Shown: one piece after another, positions 40,000 to 56,460 of the stretch
Layout of the letters: each line of letters begins with the position of its first letter
Numbering within the stretch: position 1 is the first letter of the stretch
Assembly (NCBI RefSeq): GCF_009914755.1
Contig: NC_060930.1
From: the human T2T-CHM13v2.0 reference genome, Homo sapiens
Direction: 5' to 3' (one strand)
Length of the DNA: 64,000 bases
The notes under the pieces: model-generated
The model's database searches: none
What the model was told of the DNA's origin: nothing
What the model saw: only the letters and a program-made list of their open reading frames with translations
Program-made: the position numbers and the translations under genes

Positions 40000-40270
40000 G
40001 TGTGAGAGCTGAGAGCTCAGACTCTGGAGCCAACCTAGCTGATCTGGAATCTTGACTCCACAATTGGTTAGCTCATGACCTTAGGCAACTTACTTAACCT
40101 TTCTGTGCCTCAGTTTCACCACTCAATAAAAAAGTGGTGAGAATGACAACTGTCTGCCAGGGTTGTCCTGAGGAGTAAATGAGTACATATTTGTAAAGAG
40201 TTTAGATTTGTAAAGGGTTTAGAATTTTAGAATTGTGCTTTGCAAAAAGGAAGCACAATATATGAATGCT
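40000..40270. mobile_element. MIR
   Basis: gaccttaggcaacttacttaacctttctgtgcctcagttt core. Confidence 0.65.
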
Positions 40271-42628
40271 AGTTCTTATTACCCCGAGAGAGACACATTT
40301 ATGGGAACCTATCCAGTTTCTCACTGGGTCTGGATAGCCACTCTCTCCCATATTTATTTTACCTCATTAATCTCAATTACTGACCATGAATGTCTGCTCC
40401 TTAAGTTTGTTTACTAGTGGGGTTTTCTTTAGCCTTTGAAACAAATTTTTGAACAAATTTGTAAACATTTTATTACTGAAATTTGGTAGTATTTATTTTG
40501 CTACAACTTAGCCTTTAAAGCTACATTATTTAAATATTTGAAAAGTGAGGTAGAACCGTTTCTTCTTGTATATTTCCTTACATAATCGACTTTGGAATTT
40601 TTAAAATGATAGCTATAATTTGGAATCTCATTTGATATTTGATTGATTTAAAGGGGTGTACACACACCCCTTTAATGAGTAAATCAATATGAGAGTGTGG
40701 ATATATAGATGTAAATATATATGAGTAAATGTATATATATATGAGTGTGTATATATATATGTGTTTATACATATATCGGCATAGATATATGAGTGAAGAC
40801 AATTTCTGAAATAAAGATGAATACAAAGTATTATTTCTATGACTCAGATATTTTTCAATACCGTTTTAATATATTATGTTTAGTCTTTTTGTCTATGTAT
40901 TTCTGTTTCTGTTTGTGTGTCTGGTGGTATGGGTATGTAATTGAAATTTACATAGTATTTATATAGTTTCATATTTTTGTTTAATTTCTATTTCATGCTA
41001 TATCCTAAGCATATTTATATCATTAAAACTGCTTCAAAACAGGATTTTAATTCTTGCATATTATTTCATAATGTGGATGTCATCATTTAATTTATTCAAC
41101 AATTTTTATAACATTGTACAGTTAAGTGCCTGCATAGTTATTCACCATGATAAATAATATTGTAATAGGCATGCTTTTGCTTTAATAATATTCCAATTTC
41201 TGATTATTTCTCTAAGCCAGGTATCTAAAATTTTACATGAATTTCTTTTACTAATAATGATATTATATGGTTAGTTTTTTTTATATAGGTGAATTTAATT
41301 TCAAAGTCATGTCATCTGTTGGAACTGTTACATGCTTTTTTCTTTAATCATATACCACAATCTGAATTAGAACTAGAAATAAAAATAAAACCAACAGTAA
41401 ATGTAAAGATGAGAATGATCGTCAAACTCAGTCAACCCATTTTACATTTTAAAAATAAAACTATTCTTAGCTACGGTCATTTTAAAAATCTAATTTTCAG
41501 TGTGATTTCACTTTTATAACTTATTTTTAAAACTACTAACAATAATATCTAAAATATATAATGAGGCTTATTAATTTCTCTTTGGGTGGCTCACGTTAAG
41601 TGGCAAGATTTTTTTTTACCAAGAAGCAATTATTAAGTCTAATTTTCCAAAATAAGAATTATTTTTACAAAGAAGTAATTACCGAGAATAATTTTCCAGA
41701 TTAAAATATCATAATAATGTGACATGCTTTATATTTTTAAAAAATAACCCTGAAGTATTTTAAGCAGGATAGATGATTTTCATTTTTCTGCTCGGAGTGA
41801 TTTTTTAATCCATCAGCATTTTCTAACGTTTCATTTTAAGCCTGATAACATGCATTTCAAGAAAGTCAGCCGAAGCTGGTAATGCAAACTTGACCGTAAA
41901 AGATGATTTGTTATAGATAGATAAGAGATATGCATATGAATAACTCATCAGAGAATGAAAGTTTACTTACCTGATCTGGTGCTTTAATACGTGTTCTCAC
42001 TAATCAATTTCAATTGTTAGAATGAAACCTAAGAAATCAAATGTTTGTTGAACCAATTATTTGATCAGTGTAAGCATAACCTGAAAATTATATTTATAAT
42101 GTGAACACTATAGCAATGATTAAAAGTATTTATGGATATGTGACAAAATTCTATCAAATATTAGGGCAAAAAGGATTATTTTAACTTTAGGCTGCTGGTC
42201 AATAATGTTGAAAGTATTTTTACCAAGTAGGAGTCCATAGATCTGAAAGTAATCAATTCAGATTACTAAAAATGAAGAAGTAAAATTTTAAATTAAGACT
42301 AGAAATACCACCTATAGGTCCTTTCCATATTGCTATTGAAATCTTGAGAAGTACTGGGACAGGCTGGTGAAAATACAACAGACAGTAAAGGAAGCGCCTA
42401 ATTCTGCAGTTAATTTTGATAAAATTTCAGAATAATTGAACTTTTCTCTTTGGATATCATAGAAAAGGTCCATTTGATTGAATGAAAACCCAATTGTCAT
42501 AACATCAGTGAGGAATCCTGATAACTCCTAAGTTCCTCTGTTCCCACCTGATCTTTGGTATTGTGCATCTTGCTTCACTTCGAGTTAACTGATTTAAATT
42601 TAATTTTTCTCTCCTCTTCCATTGCCAG

Positions 42629-42809
42629 GCTGGGACCTTTGGCCTACAATCAGCAAGGGGCTGTGTTCCCTGCAACTGCAATTCTTTTGGGTCTAAGTCA
42701 TTCGACTGTGAAGAGAGTGGACAATGTTGGTGCCAACCTGGAGTCACAGGGAAGAAATGTGACCGCTGTGCCCACGGCTATTTCAACTTCCAAGAAGGAG
42801 GCTGCACAG
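42629..42809 (+). CDS. LAMA2: LAMA2 exon 21 (181 nt): [60 protein letters not shown]
   Basis: ttccattgccag|GCT ... ACAG|gtctgt; LE pattern. Confidence 0.95.
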
Positions 42810-44099
42810 GTCTGTAAATATGACTTAAGTCCTACATATTCACTCTGATAGTTTTAGGGTCTGACTTCTGTAACAGTTTGTTCTTTTAAAGGAAGCACAG
42901 ATTGATACAACGTATTTAACATAATGAGTAATGTCTACTTATTTTTACGTTACTTAAAAAATGAAATACATGTCAGTTTGAAACACTGCCTTAATAACTG
43001 TGTGCAAGTACTCAGTAAAAATCAGCAGATGCTCGTTTGGTTGTGTCCCTCCCTGTCTGTGACTTTGATTCAGCCAGTCACTCAAACACTGCTACGGCTT
43101 GAAAGTTAAATGTTCGATTTTTCTGGTACCAGTCTTATCTTAGTTTAAGCTCAAACCCCACGCCAATGCATTTCAACTTTCCCTTTTTCCTATTGCAAAA
43201 TTGGTATCCGGATCAAGAAAAGTCAAGGTGTTTTTTTTTTCCTGGTACCCCAAAAACATCTTTTCATCTACTTTTGGCTGCCTTGAAAACTATGATGTTC
43301 TAAGAGAGAAATAGGTTGGCTCTAGATATTTAGTTCATCAAAAAATGCAGGCAGAGGTTTCTAACCATGATTCCCTCAAGCAGTATTCTTATACATCCAG
43401 CCACAGCCTTCACCCAAATCATGAGCTAAGAAAATATCACTTAGCATTCTGCAGATGAAAGTAAAGAGTGAACATTAGCCTTGATTTATATGCTGCTAAT
43501 TTCGAACTGACCCTTATTCCAACAATCACTAGTTTGAATATTACCTTTGCTTACTAATGTCATGGATTCAACCTGGATAATGCTCACATACTCTCAGCAC
43601 CATGGTAAGATTTTAAAACATTGTTATTCACTGTTGTGGCAAATTTAAGTAGGAAGCAGTAGGAATAATATTTAAAACTATTTAAAGAACCAATATCTTT
43701 CAGACATTCTCCAGCACTTTAGATATGTGGATTTTACCATAAATTAAGCCATGATAAGTTATTCTAATTGATAAGTTATTCTAAATGATAAGTTTATAAT
43801 TGTAGATCCTCTAAGAATCTGTATATCTCTAAGCCAATATCTGTATAACTTAAAAATTATAAAGCTGTATTTTAAAATATACTCTGTTCTTTAAATCCAA
43901 AACTCACTGACATTTTTACTTAATATGAATTAATGAGGTAGTATTATACATTTAAATACATATAGTAACAAATTATAAATGAGACCAAGAATATTATTTT
44001 AAATTATAGAAAGATGACAGCATTTAATAAATGCAGACCTACTAGCATTCTGGCCCAAAGCAACACCATAGAAAAAAAAAAGCACAAAACAGGAAGAAT

Positions 44100-44350
44100 A
44101 GTAATATGACTGAGGACATGACTTGCACAAAATAGCCTGGATTTGTCTAAATGGCTCCTTCAGTAACTAGTTCTGGGACCTTGACTGAGTAATTTTGTTT
44201 CATTTTCCATCTGCAAAATTCATCTATTAAATTAAGATAATAATAGTATCTACCACACATGGTTTTTGTTACAATTAGTTGAGTTAGTGGCTATAAAATA
44301 TTTAGAGTAATGCCTAGCATGTAAGTGCTATGGAAGCATTTATCATTATT
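44100..44350. mobile_element. MIR
   Basis: ccatctgcaaaat...gataataatagtatctacc...atttagagtaatgcctagcat. Confidence 0.55.
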
Positions 44351-45662
44351 ATTATTATCTTTATTAGTTTTATTAATTGTGTTATACATTGTGCTTTGGC
44401 ACAGGAAAACTAGCTAATTACTCAGGTTTTCTTTCTATTTAGTGTTATGATTCCGCTGAAGAACTACTTAAGATAATTTCTATTTGCAAGTAATGATTTG
44501 CACTGTCCCATGACATTTTTTAGCATATAAATTTAAACATAATGGTAACTATTTTTCTTCTTAATGAAGGACACATCTAAAATAAATCATTTGGCTTAAA
44601 ATTAGCAACAACAGTAATAACCAAAACAGCAATGACTAACATTTATTTAGTGTTTACTCGGTGTAAAGTATTTTTCTAAACACCTTCCACAGCTGGTGTG
44701 TAATGCTGTGAGCAATGAATATTGTCATTTCATAAAAAGTGAATTTAGTCAAATATTCTAAATATATTCAGTGAAAATGATTTAGTCATCATATAACCAA
44801 TTAAAAGTTTACTCATAACATTAGTCTTCCATTTGAATTCAAGTATTTGGGTTTCTTCCCTCACTTACATTTCTTTGACATGAAACGCTGCACTAGAAAT
44901 ATTCTTAGTAGCTGGGTCAACTGCCGCTATGTGGCATGCATTCCTTGTCTTGGATGGCTTTGAAGATATTCTCAAACATTATTTTTGCAATCTTTGAAAA
45001 AGTACAAAAGGTAGATAACTTTGTACTCTTTGAATATTGCATGATAGCAACAAAAATGAAAAATCTATAGAAAAAAGTCAGGTGGTAAATAAAAATCGAA
45101 AGTATCTTTATATATAAACAGTGTCCATAATTCAACCATTTTAAAGTATTTGCAAAATTGGATTATTCTGTTGTGTGCGTTTCTAACTATATACATGATG
45201 TACCGAATTTAAGAAGCTTATTAAGCTTATTGGTTTTTACTGCAGATCGGGCTCATCAAGGAAAAACTAATCCGTACAGCATAAACAAATTAGAAATGAA
45301 CTTAAAATAAATATACAAACAAAATAGTAAACTTTGTAGTACCCGAATATAAGGTGTTACAGTTAACGTGGAATCTGATAACACCAATTCTTTCCTTTCT
45401 TAAACTTCATAGGAAAGCTAAAAATACTTTAACTTTTGAAATTAATAAATGAAATACATCTTATATTTATTGAACAGCTCCTTTCTGAAATACATTGTAC
45501 TATAATATAAAAGATGAATGAAGTAAGTTTTTATTTCCAAATATCCTTAAGTGTAGAACTGAAAAGAAAATAAGACAAACCAACACAATATAAAACTCAA
45601 CACTTTGTGTCAAATTTTTACTATTTTTCCCCTTCTTTGTTTTCCCTCTTATACCGGTGAAG

Positions 45663-45799
45663 CTTGTGAATGTTCTCATCTGGGTAATAATTGTGACCCA
45701 AAGACTGGGCGATGCATTTGCCCTCCCAATACCATTGGAGAGAAATGTTCTAAATGTGCACCCAATACCTGGGGCCACAGCATTACCACTGGTTGTAAG
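45663..45799 (+). CDS. LAMA2: LAMA2 exon 22 (137 nt): (A)CECSHLGNNCDPKTGRCICPPNTIGEKCSKCAPNTWGHSITTGCK
   Basis: ggtgaag|CT ... AAG|gtgagt; ORF track 45605. Confidence 0.95.
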
Positions 45800-48700
45800 G
45801 TGAGTGAACCACTTTTTTGCTCTGATAATTTTTTGGGGAGATTTTTGTTTTGTAGAGCTCTGTAATTGGGCATTTCAAAATTCAATATTACATCACAAAA
45901 TAATGTAGAAGTATTACTATAATGTGATTACAGATATTAATCAATATCTTACAGTTTACTTGTAGGAAAGATGATGAAGTAAATATACATTTATGCAGCT
46001 GAACACTTGAAATCTACAAGAGGGGTAAAAAGAACAAAGATTCTGTAATAATACCAGAAAAGAGCTATAACCTCATACCTAGGCACAAGGACATACATGT
46101 GCAAAGTATGAGGATATGAGGAACTAATTAATTTTCCAAAAATCTATAGAAATTGCCCCTGAATTATGACTAGGTTTTAGGTTTCAGGAAGTAGTTGAGA
46201 TCATTCTGAAGAGTCATTTTAACAACATTTAGCTTGGAAAATAATCATTTTTTCCCATTGGTAGACCATAGAAATTGACATGGCCAGAGTCATGTTCAGA
46301 GAGATCTATCTAGCATCAGCAGGGATGGTAACAATTTATAAGGCTGTTGAAGAAATATTAATAAGAGATGCCAAAAGCCTGGACCCAGTCAATGAGCGTC
46401 AGTGAAGATATATAGGGCGCGAGTTACATTTTAGAACTCAGGCTGATACAGCCTGGTGAATTCATTGATTTGGGGAATAAGAAAGAGAAGACTTAGGATG
46501 ACTCCTAGGTTTTGCTTTGCAATGGAGTAGATGATAATAAGTACCATGTGCAGCTATAGGAATTATAGGAGGAGGAGCAAGTTCAGGAAGGAAAGATAAT
46601 CACTTTGCATTTTTATCAGCTTTTTGTGAGGTATTAATAAAATAAAATTCACCCATTTATAGTAATGAATTTTAACCAATGATTACAGTGGTGTAATCAT
46701 CCCTTGTGCCCCATTGCAGTGAAGTCCCCATCACCCCCCATGTGCCTACTGTTTTGCCTTCTAGCATTATAATTTTCCAATTTCTACAACTTCTTAAAAA
46801 TAGAATCGTAGTCTGTTTTTTTGAGGGGGGGTTTGTTTGTTTCTTTGTTTGGCTTCCTTCACTTGGTGTTACGTTTTTGTAATTCATCCATATTGTTGCA
46901 TGTATCAGCAGTTTGTTCTAAAAATTGCTTAATAATATTCCATTTGTGTAATGTACAGTGACTTGCTTACCTGTTTACCATTTAATGGGTGTTTGGGTCA
47001 TTTCTAGTTTGGGGTTACAATTTTGCTGTGAACATTAGCATACAAGTCAAAAGCATATTTATGGACAAATGTTTTCTCTTTTTTTTCTTAAGAACACTCC
47101 ACATCTTTGCCAACTCTTGGACTTTTAACCCTTTTTTAATTTTAAGAATTCTGATGCATGTGTATTTCTCTTGTTTGCATTTATTTAATGCCCAGTAATG
47201 TTGGGAATCCTTTCATTTATTTATTTGTCATTTATACATCTTTTTTGAAGTGTTTACAAAGCTTATGCCCATTTCTATTTTGAGTTGTTTGTTTCCTTAG
47301 TAATGCATTGCAAGGATTATTTATATATTCTGGATACATGTTCTTTAACATATGTTAAAGCTTGCTTTTCATATAGATTGCTTTTTACCTAGTTTCATCA
47401 TCTAATTTTTATAAACACTAGCTTATTATCTTTTTCTTCTATAGTCCATACTTTTTATGTTCTACCCAAGAAAGACAAGGTCCAAAGATTTCTCTCCCAT
47501 GTTTTCTTCAAGAAGTTTTAGAGTTTTAGCTCTTAAATGTAGGTTTGGATTCCATTTTGAATATTAATTTTTCTATATATCAGGTAATGGTCAGAGCTCA
47601 CTTTTTATGGATACCCAATTTTTCAAACATTATTTGTTGAAAAGACTATCCTTTTTCCCATTGAATTACTTTGACTCCTTTGTCAAAATCTATCAACTAT
47701 ATATATGTTTATGCATTTCTGGACTCTTTTCTGCTTCACCGATCTATTCTTATGTTAATACTAGTTAATATGTTAATTATTGTAGCTTTCCAGCAAGTCA
47801 TAAAATCAGGTATTGTAAATTCCTCAACCTCATTCATCGTTTCCAATACCTTTTGAGTACTTTAGCTCCTTTACATTTCCACATAACTTTTAAATTTAGC
47901 ATGTCAATTCTTTACCAAAAAGCCTGCTAGGATTTGGCTGAAATTATATTGAATTGATAGATCAATTTGGGAAGAATTGACATCTTAAAAGTATTAGATA
48001 TCCCAGTGTATGAACATGGCATAACTCTGCATTTTTTTAGGTTGTTATAATTTTTTCTCAGAAATGTTTGTAGTTTTTGATGTGCAAGCTTTGCATATAT
48101 ATTGTTAAATGTATCCGTTTCATATTTTTTATCAAAAGCAAATGCTGTGTTCCATTTCAGTTTTAAATTGCTTGTTACTAGAATAGAAAAATACAATTAT
48201 TTTTATACCTTATCCTTCTATACTGTAATCTTGCTAAACTTATTAGTTCTAGTTTCTTTTTGGTCCATTTAGTGAGATTTTCTTGTAGATAATCATGTCA
48301 TCTGCAAAGAGAGATTTACTTCCTTTCTAATCTGTGTAACTTCTGTGGCATTTTCTTGTCCTATTGTAGTAAACTATTGACTAGAAGTGGTGGAAGCAAA
48401 TATCCTTGCCTTGTTCCTTAGTTTAAGTGGAAAGCATTGTCTTTTATAATTGAAAATGATGTTGGCTATATTTTACCTGTAGGTGCTTTTTATTGTTTTG
48501 AGGATGCCCCCTCGTGTTTTTAGTTTGCTAAGAGCTTTTATCAAGAATATGTGTTCAATTTTGTTAAATGACTTTTCTGCATCTATTGAGATGACCATAT
48601 GATATTTCTTTTTAAGCTGTTAATATGACAGATTATACTGATTGATTTTCAACATATCAATCCAGTCTTACAATCCTCAGATTAATCCTGCTTGGCCATG

Positions 48701-49185
48701 GGGATTATCCTTTTAAAATTATGTTGAATCCTGTTTGCTAGCATTTTCTTAATGATTTTGGATCTACGTTTATAAGAAATATTGGTATGAACTTATTTTT
48801 CTTGTAGCGTTGTCGTCGGGATGAGGTACTGCAAGCTTCATGAAATGGATTCAGAAGTATTCCCTCCTCATAATTTATAAAAGCGTTTTCACAGTCAATG
48901 AGGTAGAAAACAGAAATACTTTAGAGGAACCCAAAAGCTCACTATTTGAAAAGATCAGTAAAGTTGGTAATATTCTAGAAAGGTTAATCAAGAAAAAAGA
49001 GAGAAGAAACAAGCAATCAAAATCACAAATAAAAGGGGGACATCACTATAGATCCTATAGACATTAAGATAATAATATGGTAGTAATAGGAACAAGTTTT
49101 GCCTAATAAATGTGATAACTTGCATGAAAAGAACATTCCTTCTTTTGCTTACTTTGAGTTTAATTTTCTCTTGTGTTCCAAGTTT

Positions 49186-49489
<304 letters not shown>

Positions 49490-50147
49490 AATTGTGTTCC
49501 AAGTTTCTTAAGGTGAAACCTTAGATCATTGATTTGTAATCCTTTTTCTCTAATATGGGCATTTGATACATTTTTTTCCAGAAACTACTTTGTTTGCACT
49601 CCACATATTTTGATATGCTGTGTTTTAATTTTCACTTGGTTTAATATAATCTTTAATTTATTTTGGGGATAATGTTTAGTTTCTAAATATTTGGGGAATT
49701 TTCAAGGTATCGTTACTGTTACTAGTATCTAGTTTAATTCTAAATTGTTCTGAGAACATAATCTGCATTATTTCAGACCTTTTGAAAATTATTGAGATTT
49801 GTTTTATGGCCCGGAATAGTGTTCAGTTTGTTTATTATAACATGTGCACTTGAAAATAATGTGTATTCTGGAGTTGTTGGATGAAAACTTCTATATAGGT
49901 CAATTATCCTTAACGGTTTTTAGATCTACATGTTCTCTCAGTTACTGAGAGTGTTGGACTATAACTTTGTCCGTTTCTTCTTTCACTTCTCTCAGGTTTT
50001 ATTCACATGTATTTTTGAGCAGTGATACTAGGTGCATGAACATTTAGGATTGCTATGTCTTTTTGAAAAGTTGGTGCCTTTTGACATTGTGAAATGTCTC
50101 TCTTTATTCCTAGTAACATTCCTTGTTCAGAAGTGTACTTTTTCTGA

Positions 50148-50537
<390 letters not shown>

Positions 50538-50540
50538 TAA

Positions 50541-50589
50541 TGTGTGTGTGTGTGAGAGAGAGACAGAGAGAGAGAGTGTGTGTGTGTGT
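50541..50589. repeat. (TG)n(AG)n(TG)n compound microsatellite
   Basis: Direct reading. Confidence 0.9.
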
Positions 50590-53589
50590 AAATAACATAT
50601 ATTCAGATCTTTATTTTTCAACGAATCTTAATAATTTGGCCTTTTAATTTGAGGAGTTAAATCATTTCCACTTAATGTAAATATTGGTATGATTGGATTA
50701 AGCCTGCACTTTGCTATTTGCTTTTGCTTGCCTTATCTGCTCTTGCCTTTTTTTTTTCCTTATTGTCCTGCCTTCTTTTGCATTAATTTGTATAACATCT
50801 TCTCTTGACTTTTGGATTATTAAATATACCTATTCATTTTATTTCTTTGGTTTTGTCTAGGAATATACATCTTTAACTTTCCAGAATGTACATTAAAATA
50901 ATATTATACCACTTTACATTTAGCGTAAGAACCTTACAACAGGAAACCTCCAGTCCCCTTTCCTATCCTTTGTACTATATTGTCATATATTTTTACTTCT
51001 ATATATTATACATCTGACAATATAAGCTTACGATTTTGATTTCAATAGTCAATTATCTTTTTAAACAAGAAAATTTCTCCTATAACTCTTTTTCCTTGTG
51101 TATATCAATTTTAATGCTTTAAATTCCTTTGTGTACATTAAAATTTTCATTTCATATCATTTTTCTTCTTCCATTAACTACTTCCTAATCTTTATCATTT
51201 TATTCCTGTTGTTTCAGGTCTGCTGACAATAATTTTTTCCTTTTTTTTTTTTTTTTTTTTGTTCCAGAAAGGTTTTTTTTTTTTTTCCGAAGATGTTTTT
51301 GCAGAGTATGTAATCCTAAATACTGGTTTGCAGCAATTTAATTATGCTTTTTGTTTTCTTTTTGTGTGTTTAATAATTATTTTTTCATGGGATTAGTTAG
51401 ATCTGTTGGCCCTGTAGGATTATAGTTTTCATCAAATTTGGAAATGAAAGTTGTCAGCCATTATATCTTTAAATATTTTTTTGTTCTTCATTCTTATTGT
51501 CTCTTTCTGGAAATCATTTTTTGTATGTTGGGCCAATTGATATTTTCCCCCATCTCACTGAGGTTCTTATTTTTTTAATTATTTTTGTATCTGTATTTTT
51601 TATTTCTGATAGTTTCTATTGTTAAGTGTCCAAAGTCACTGATTTTTTAATGCAGCCTAACCTGTTTTTAATCCAATTGAGTCTATTTTTTATTTTAAAC
51701 ATTGTATTTTTTTATCTTTTAAATTTCCTTTTGGACATTGTATATCTTTTATTTCTCTACTATACTCACATTTTTTCATTTATTCTTGAAAATATAATGT
51801 TTATAAACATTAGCATTTTTAAAATGGTCATCTGCAAATTCCATCTTTTTTATTGCAGGACTATTCCTACTGACTGACTTTTCTCCTGTTTCTGAGTCAT
51901 ATTTTCTTGATTCTTTACATGCCTGATAATTTTTATTTGGATGCCAGACATTATATACTTTTCATTGTTGTGTATTGGATTTTATTGTATTTCTTTAAAG
52001 AATGTTGAACTTTATGCTGGCAAACAGTTTAGGTAGTCACGGGTCACTTGGATTCTTTTGAAGCTTGCTTTTGAGTTTTGTTAGGGAAGGTGCAGCAGAA
52101 CAGTCTGAAAGCCCTTCTACTAAGCTGTGAAACTTCTGAGAATACTACCTAGTTGGTTACTATGTCTCTTTACTCTGGCTGTTGAAAATATGGCTTATTC
52201 CAAGCTTTCTCTGGGCTGTAAGAATTTTTGCAGCCTAGGGTTTTCCAATGCCATTTTCCTTCATCCCATGCATGCACCTATCAGCATTCAGTCAATGACT
52301 CAAGAGAACGCTTCTGCACATCTCTGGAATTACCTTTCTATCTAACTTCTTTCTTTTTGAACACGTATTCTATTTGCCATCATAAGTTTCAGCAGCCTCG
52401 GCTTCCTCAAACTCCACTCTTTGTCTCTCAACTCAGCTATAATGCGGGCTTTGGGTTTACCCTCTCTGTGTTGCAGCCTAGAAATTGCCTCTGTACACTG
52501 CTTCATGTTTTTTTCCTTCTCTCAGAAATCACAGTCCTGTGCTTCCTATAATTCAATATCTAAAAACAATTGTTTCTTGGTTTGTATTTTTATTTTAGTT
52601 GGTTGTGTACTTTAACAGCTTAACAAAGAAGAATAAATACTGTAAAAACTAAGAAGAGGCTGTTCAAAAGAAGAATATTCTTCAGTGCCTAATGCAACAC
52701 AAAGGTCAAGTAGGATTAGTGCTGAAGTTGTTCATTAAATTGAAGAGCAATAATAAGGGCATTTTTTTATGTTAGTGGGAGTCGTTCCAATTGATTCCAC
52801 TGGGTTGTGAAATATTGGAACGTGATGACCAAGTGTGGTCCTGTTTGACCCTATAGCAGTACCCTATAGAGATGTAAACTTTTTTTCCTGCTGAGTTAGC
52901 ACAGATGAAATAATAGACTCTAACCACCTTCACATGTATGATAAAACATTTGAACCTGGTCTAGAATATGCTGACCTAGAGGAAAACAAGCATATTGATG
53001 ATTCTTCAAGGAAGTTCAGATGTCTGACTTCAATTAGACATGTGATTAGAAAAAATAAAAACTGGACAGGACATTCATTTTTCTATTGTCAATAGCATTA
53101 TTAAGTTTAAAATGCAAGAGAGCTACATTTTTAGAAAGAAATCAAAAACTCCTCAGAATTTCAAAGTGTTCTTATGAATATGAACAATGCTATAAGTGTC
53201 TATGACTGACTTTTGCATTTTCAGCTTCAAATCCAAGCATCCACCATATCACTTGGACTCAGGAGTAAGCCCTAGGGAAACTTACAAGAGTTCCGTTTTA
53301 TCCACAGAATGCTATGATATAGCCAAACTCTAATTAAACTCTTGAAATTGAAGTTGATACCTCATGTTCAAGATATAAATCAGGATAAAATACATTCCAA
53401 GTTTCTATGAAAACGTAGTTATATGTTTAGTACTATCATTTTTACTGATCATTAGATAATTACTCTGTTGACTAAAGTTGACTGAATTTTTTGATTACTT
53501 TAAAATCACCATCAAAAGTCTAGACTTCTGAATCGAGAAATACTTCACCATTATGAAGAATTACAAAAAAAAACAAAACTCATAGAGCC

Positions 53590-53968
53590 TGTGTCAGACA
53601 ATTCTTGCATTGCTATAAAGAAATACCTGAGACTGATTATAAGAAAACTGGTTTAATGGGCTCACAGTTCTGGAGGGTGTACAGGAAGCATAGCGGCATC
53701 TGTTTCTGGTGAAGGCCTCAGGAAGCTTCCAGTCATGATGGAAGGCCAAGCAAGGACAGACTTCCACATGGCAGGATCAGGAGAAAAGCAGGGATGCCAT
53801 GCATTTAAACAACCAGATCTTGCCGGTAGGAACTCATGGTCACAAGGACAGCACCAAGCCCTGAGGGATCAGCCCCCATGATCCAAACACCTCCCACCAG
53901 GCTCCACCTCCAACACTGGGGATTATATTTTAACACGAGAATTAGTGGGGACATATCCAACTGTATCA
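53590..53968. mobile_element. MaLR solo LTR (MSTA/MSTB-like)
   Basis: TG...CA termini; gcattgctataaagaaatacctgagact; cccccatgatccaaacacctcccaccagg; 5-bp TSD gagcc/gagac. Confidence 0.88.
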
Positions 53969-54776
53969 GAGACCTCTCAAGTAATTTATTTATGAGCATG
54001 TGTTTTACTGTTTTTAAAACTGGGATGACTTTAATTTAAATGAACAGTGATTTGAGATTTATAGCTTCCCTTTCTTTATGTCATGGATAATTTCTCTGTG
54101 CTAAGGTGTGAGCATACACATCATTTGGGCTGTTACTGAAGTAGAATACGAAGCCTGCCTTCTTTCACTAGCAGGGGAATAGTGAGTAAATTCTCTATTG
54201 CTAAACAAATATTACCTCTATTTATGATTTAAATTTGATGATGGCCATAGTGCTATCTAAACACATGGTTAATGGTCTGGTTTATTCTCCACTATAACTT
54301 CCTGAATAAACTTCCTGATTTGGAAAGGTCCCAATGTCTATTTGTACTGTCAACAATTTTGTAAAAATTCATGCTTTGGTTTTATACAATTATTTGGATA
54401 ACTTCATATTTTAGTTAAAGATAAAGATGCCTCACAGGATAATTTAAATTTATTATTTGATTATAGTTTTGATAACATGATTTTCTATTAATACCCGATT
54501 ATGGCCTATTTTGTTTAAGTGAGTTAATACATACTCAAAGCAGTTGGCAAAGAAAAACTATGTAAGTGAATATGTAAGACATCCTAATTTTGAAATTTGA
54601 TTCTACATCTGATGTTCTTTAAGTTACTTGGCGGTGAGGTTAGTGGGTTATTCTATGCCTTGGAAGCTTTGTCCATATTTATAATATACAAATAATCACA
54701 TTTTAGATCTTTGGGTTTAAAATATCTTCTAGAAGCCGCCCTTATTGCAGCCTTTCTACTGATTAGCAATAATTAG

Positions 54777-55125
<349 letters not shown>

Positions 55126-55519
55126 GATAATCATTTTAATAACAGAATCTGGGAAGATTTTTAACCAAATATTTGGGCATGAAAGACAATAGAGGAGGAA
55201 CTGGTGATCTTGGAAATGATAATCTCATAAGCAAACTACTGTTAGCAGGAACAGAAACATAATACTCCTGGTAATGGTGGATATAAGAATTAAGCTGAGG
55301 AGGGAAAGTGTGAGATACACAGTGAGATGCAGCCAGACTTGGATCTAGGAGTTTGGCCAGGTGCTATGCATATGACTTTACCACTGGGCTGTAGATCTGA
55401 GAAGGATAATAGAACAGCACCAAAAAGAGTTAAGTCACAAAGTGCATACACCATATGGTGGCAAACTCAGACAGAGAGAGGTGATACCCTTTGTAATGCC
55501 AAGTCATGCTCTGCTTGGG

Positions 55520-56460
<941 letters not shown>

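Noticed and set aside
37757-42809. Strict mutually exclusive splicing of the hidden exon and exon 21
   Set aside because: Exon 21 ends in phase 1, whereas the plausible donors I see in the hidden exon (after 37903, 37942, 37962, 37986, 38020) are phase 0 or 2, so a direct swap onto exon 22 would frameshift
47927-49067. ORFs with L1 ORF2-like peptides as a functional retrotransposon gene
   Set aside because: Short, degraded fragments of an ancient L1 with stops and frameshifts
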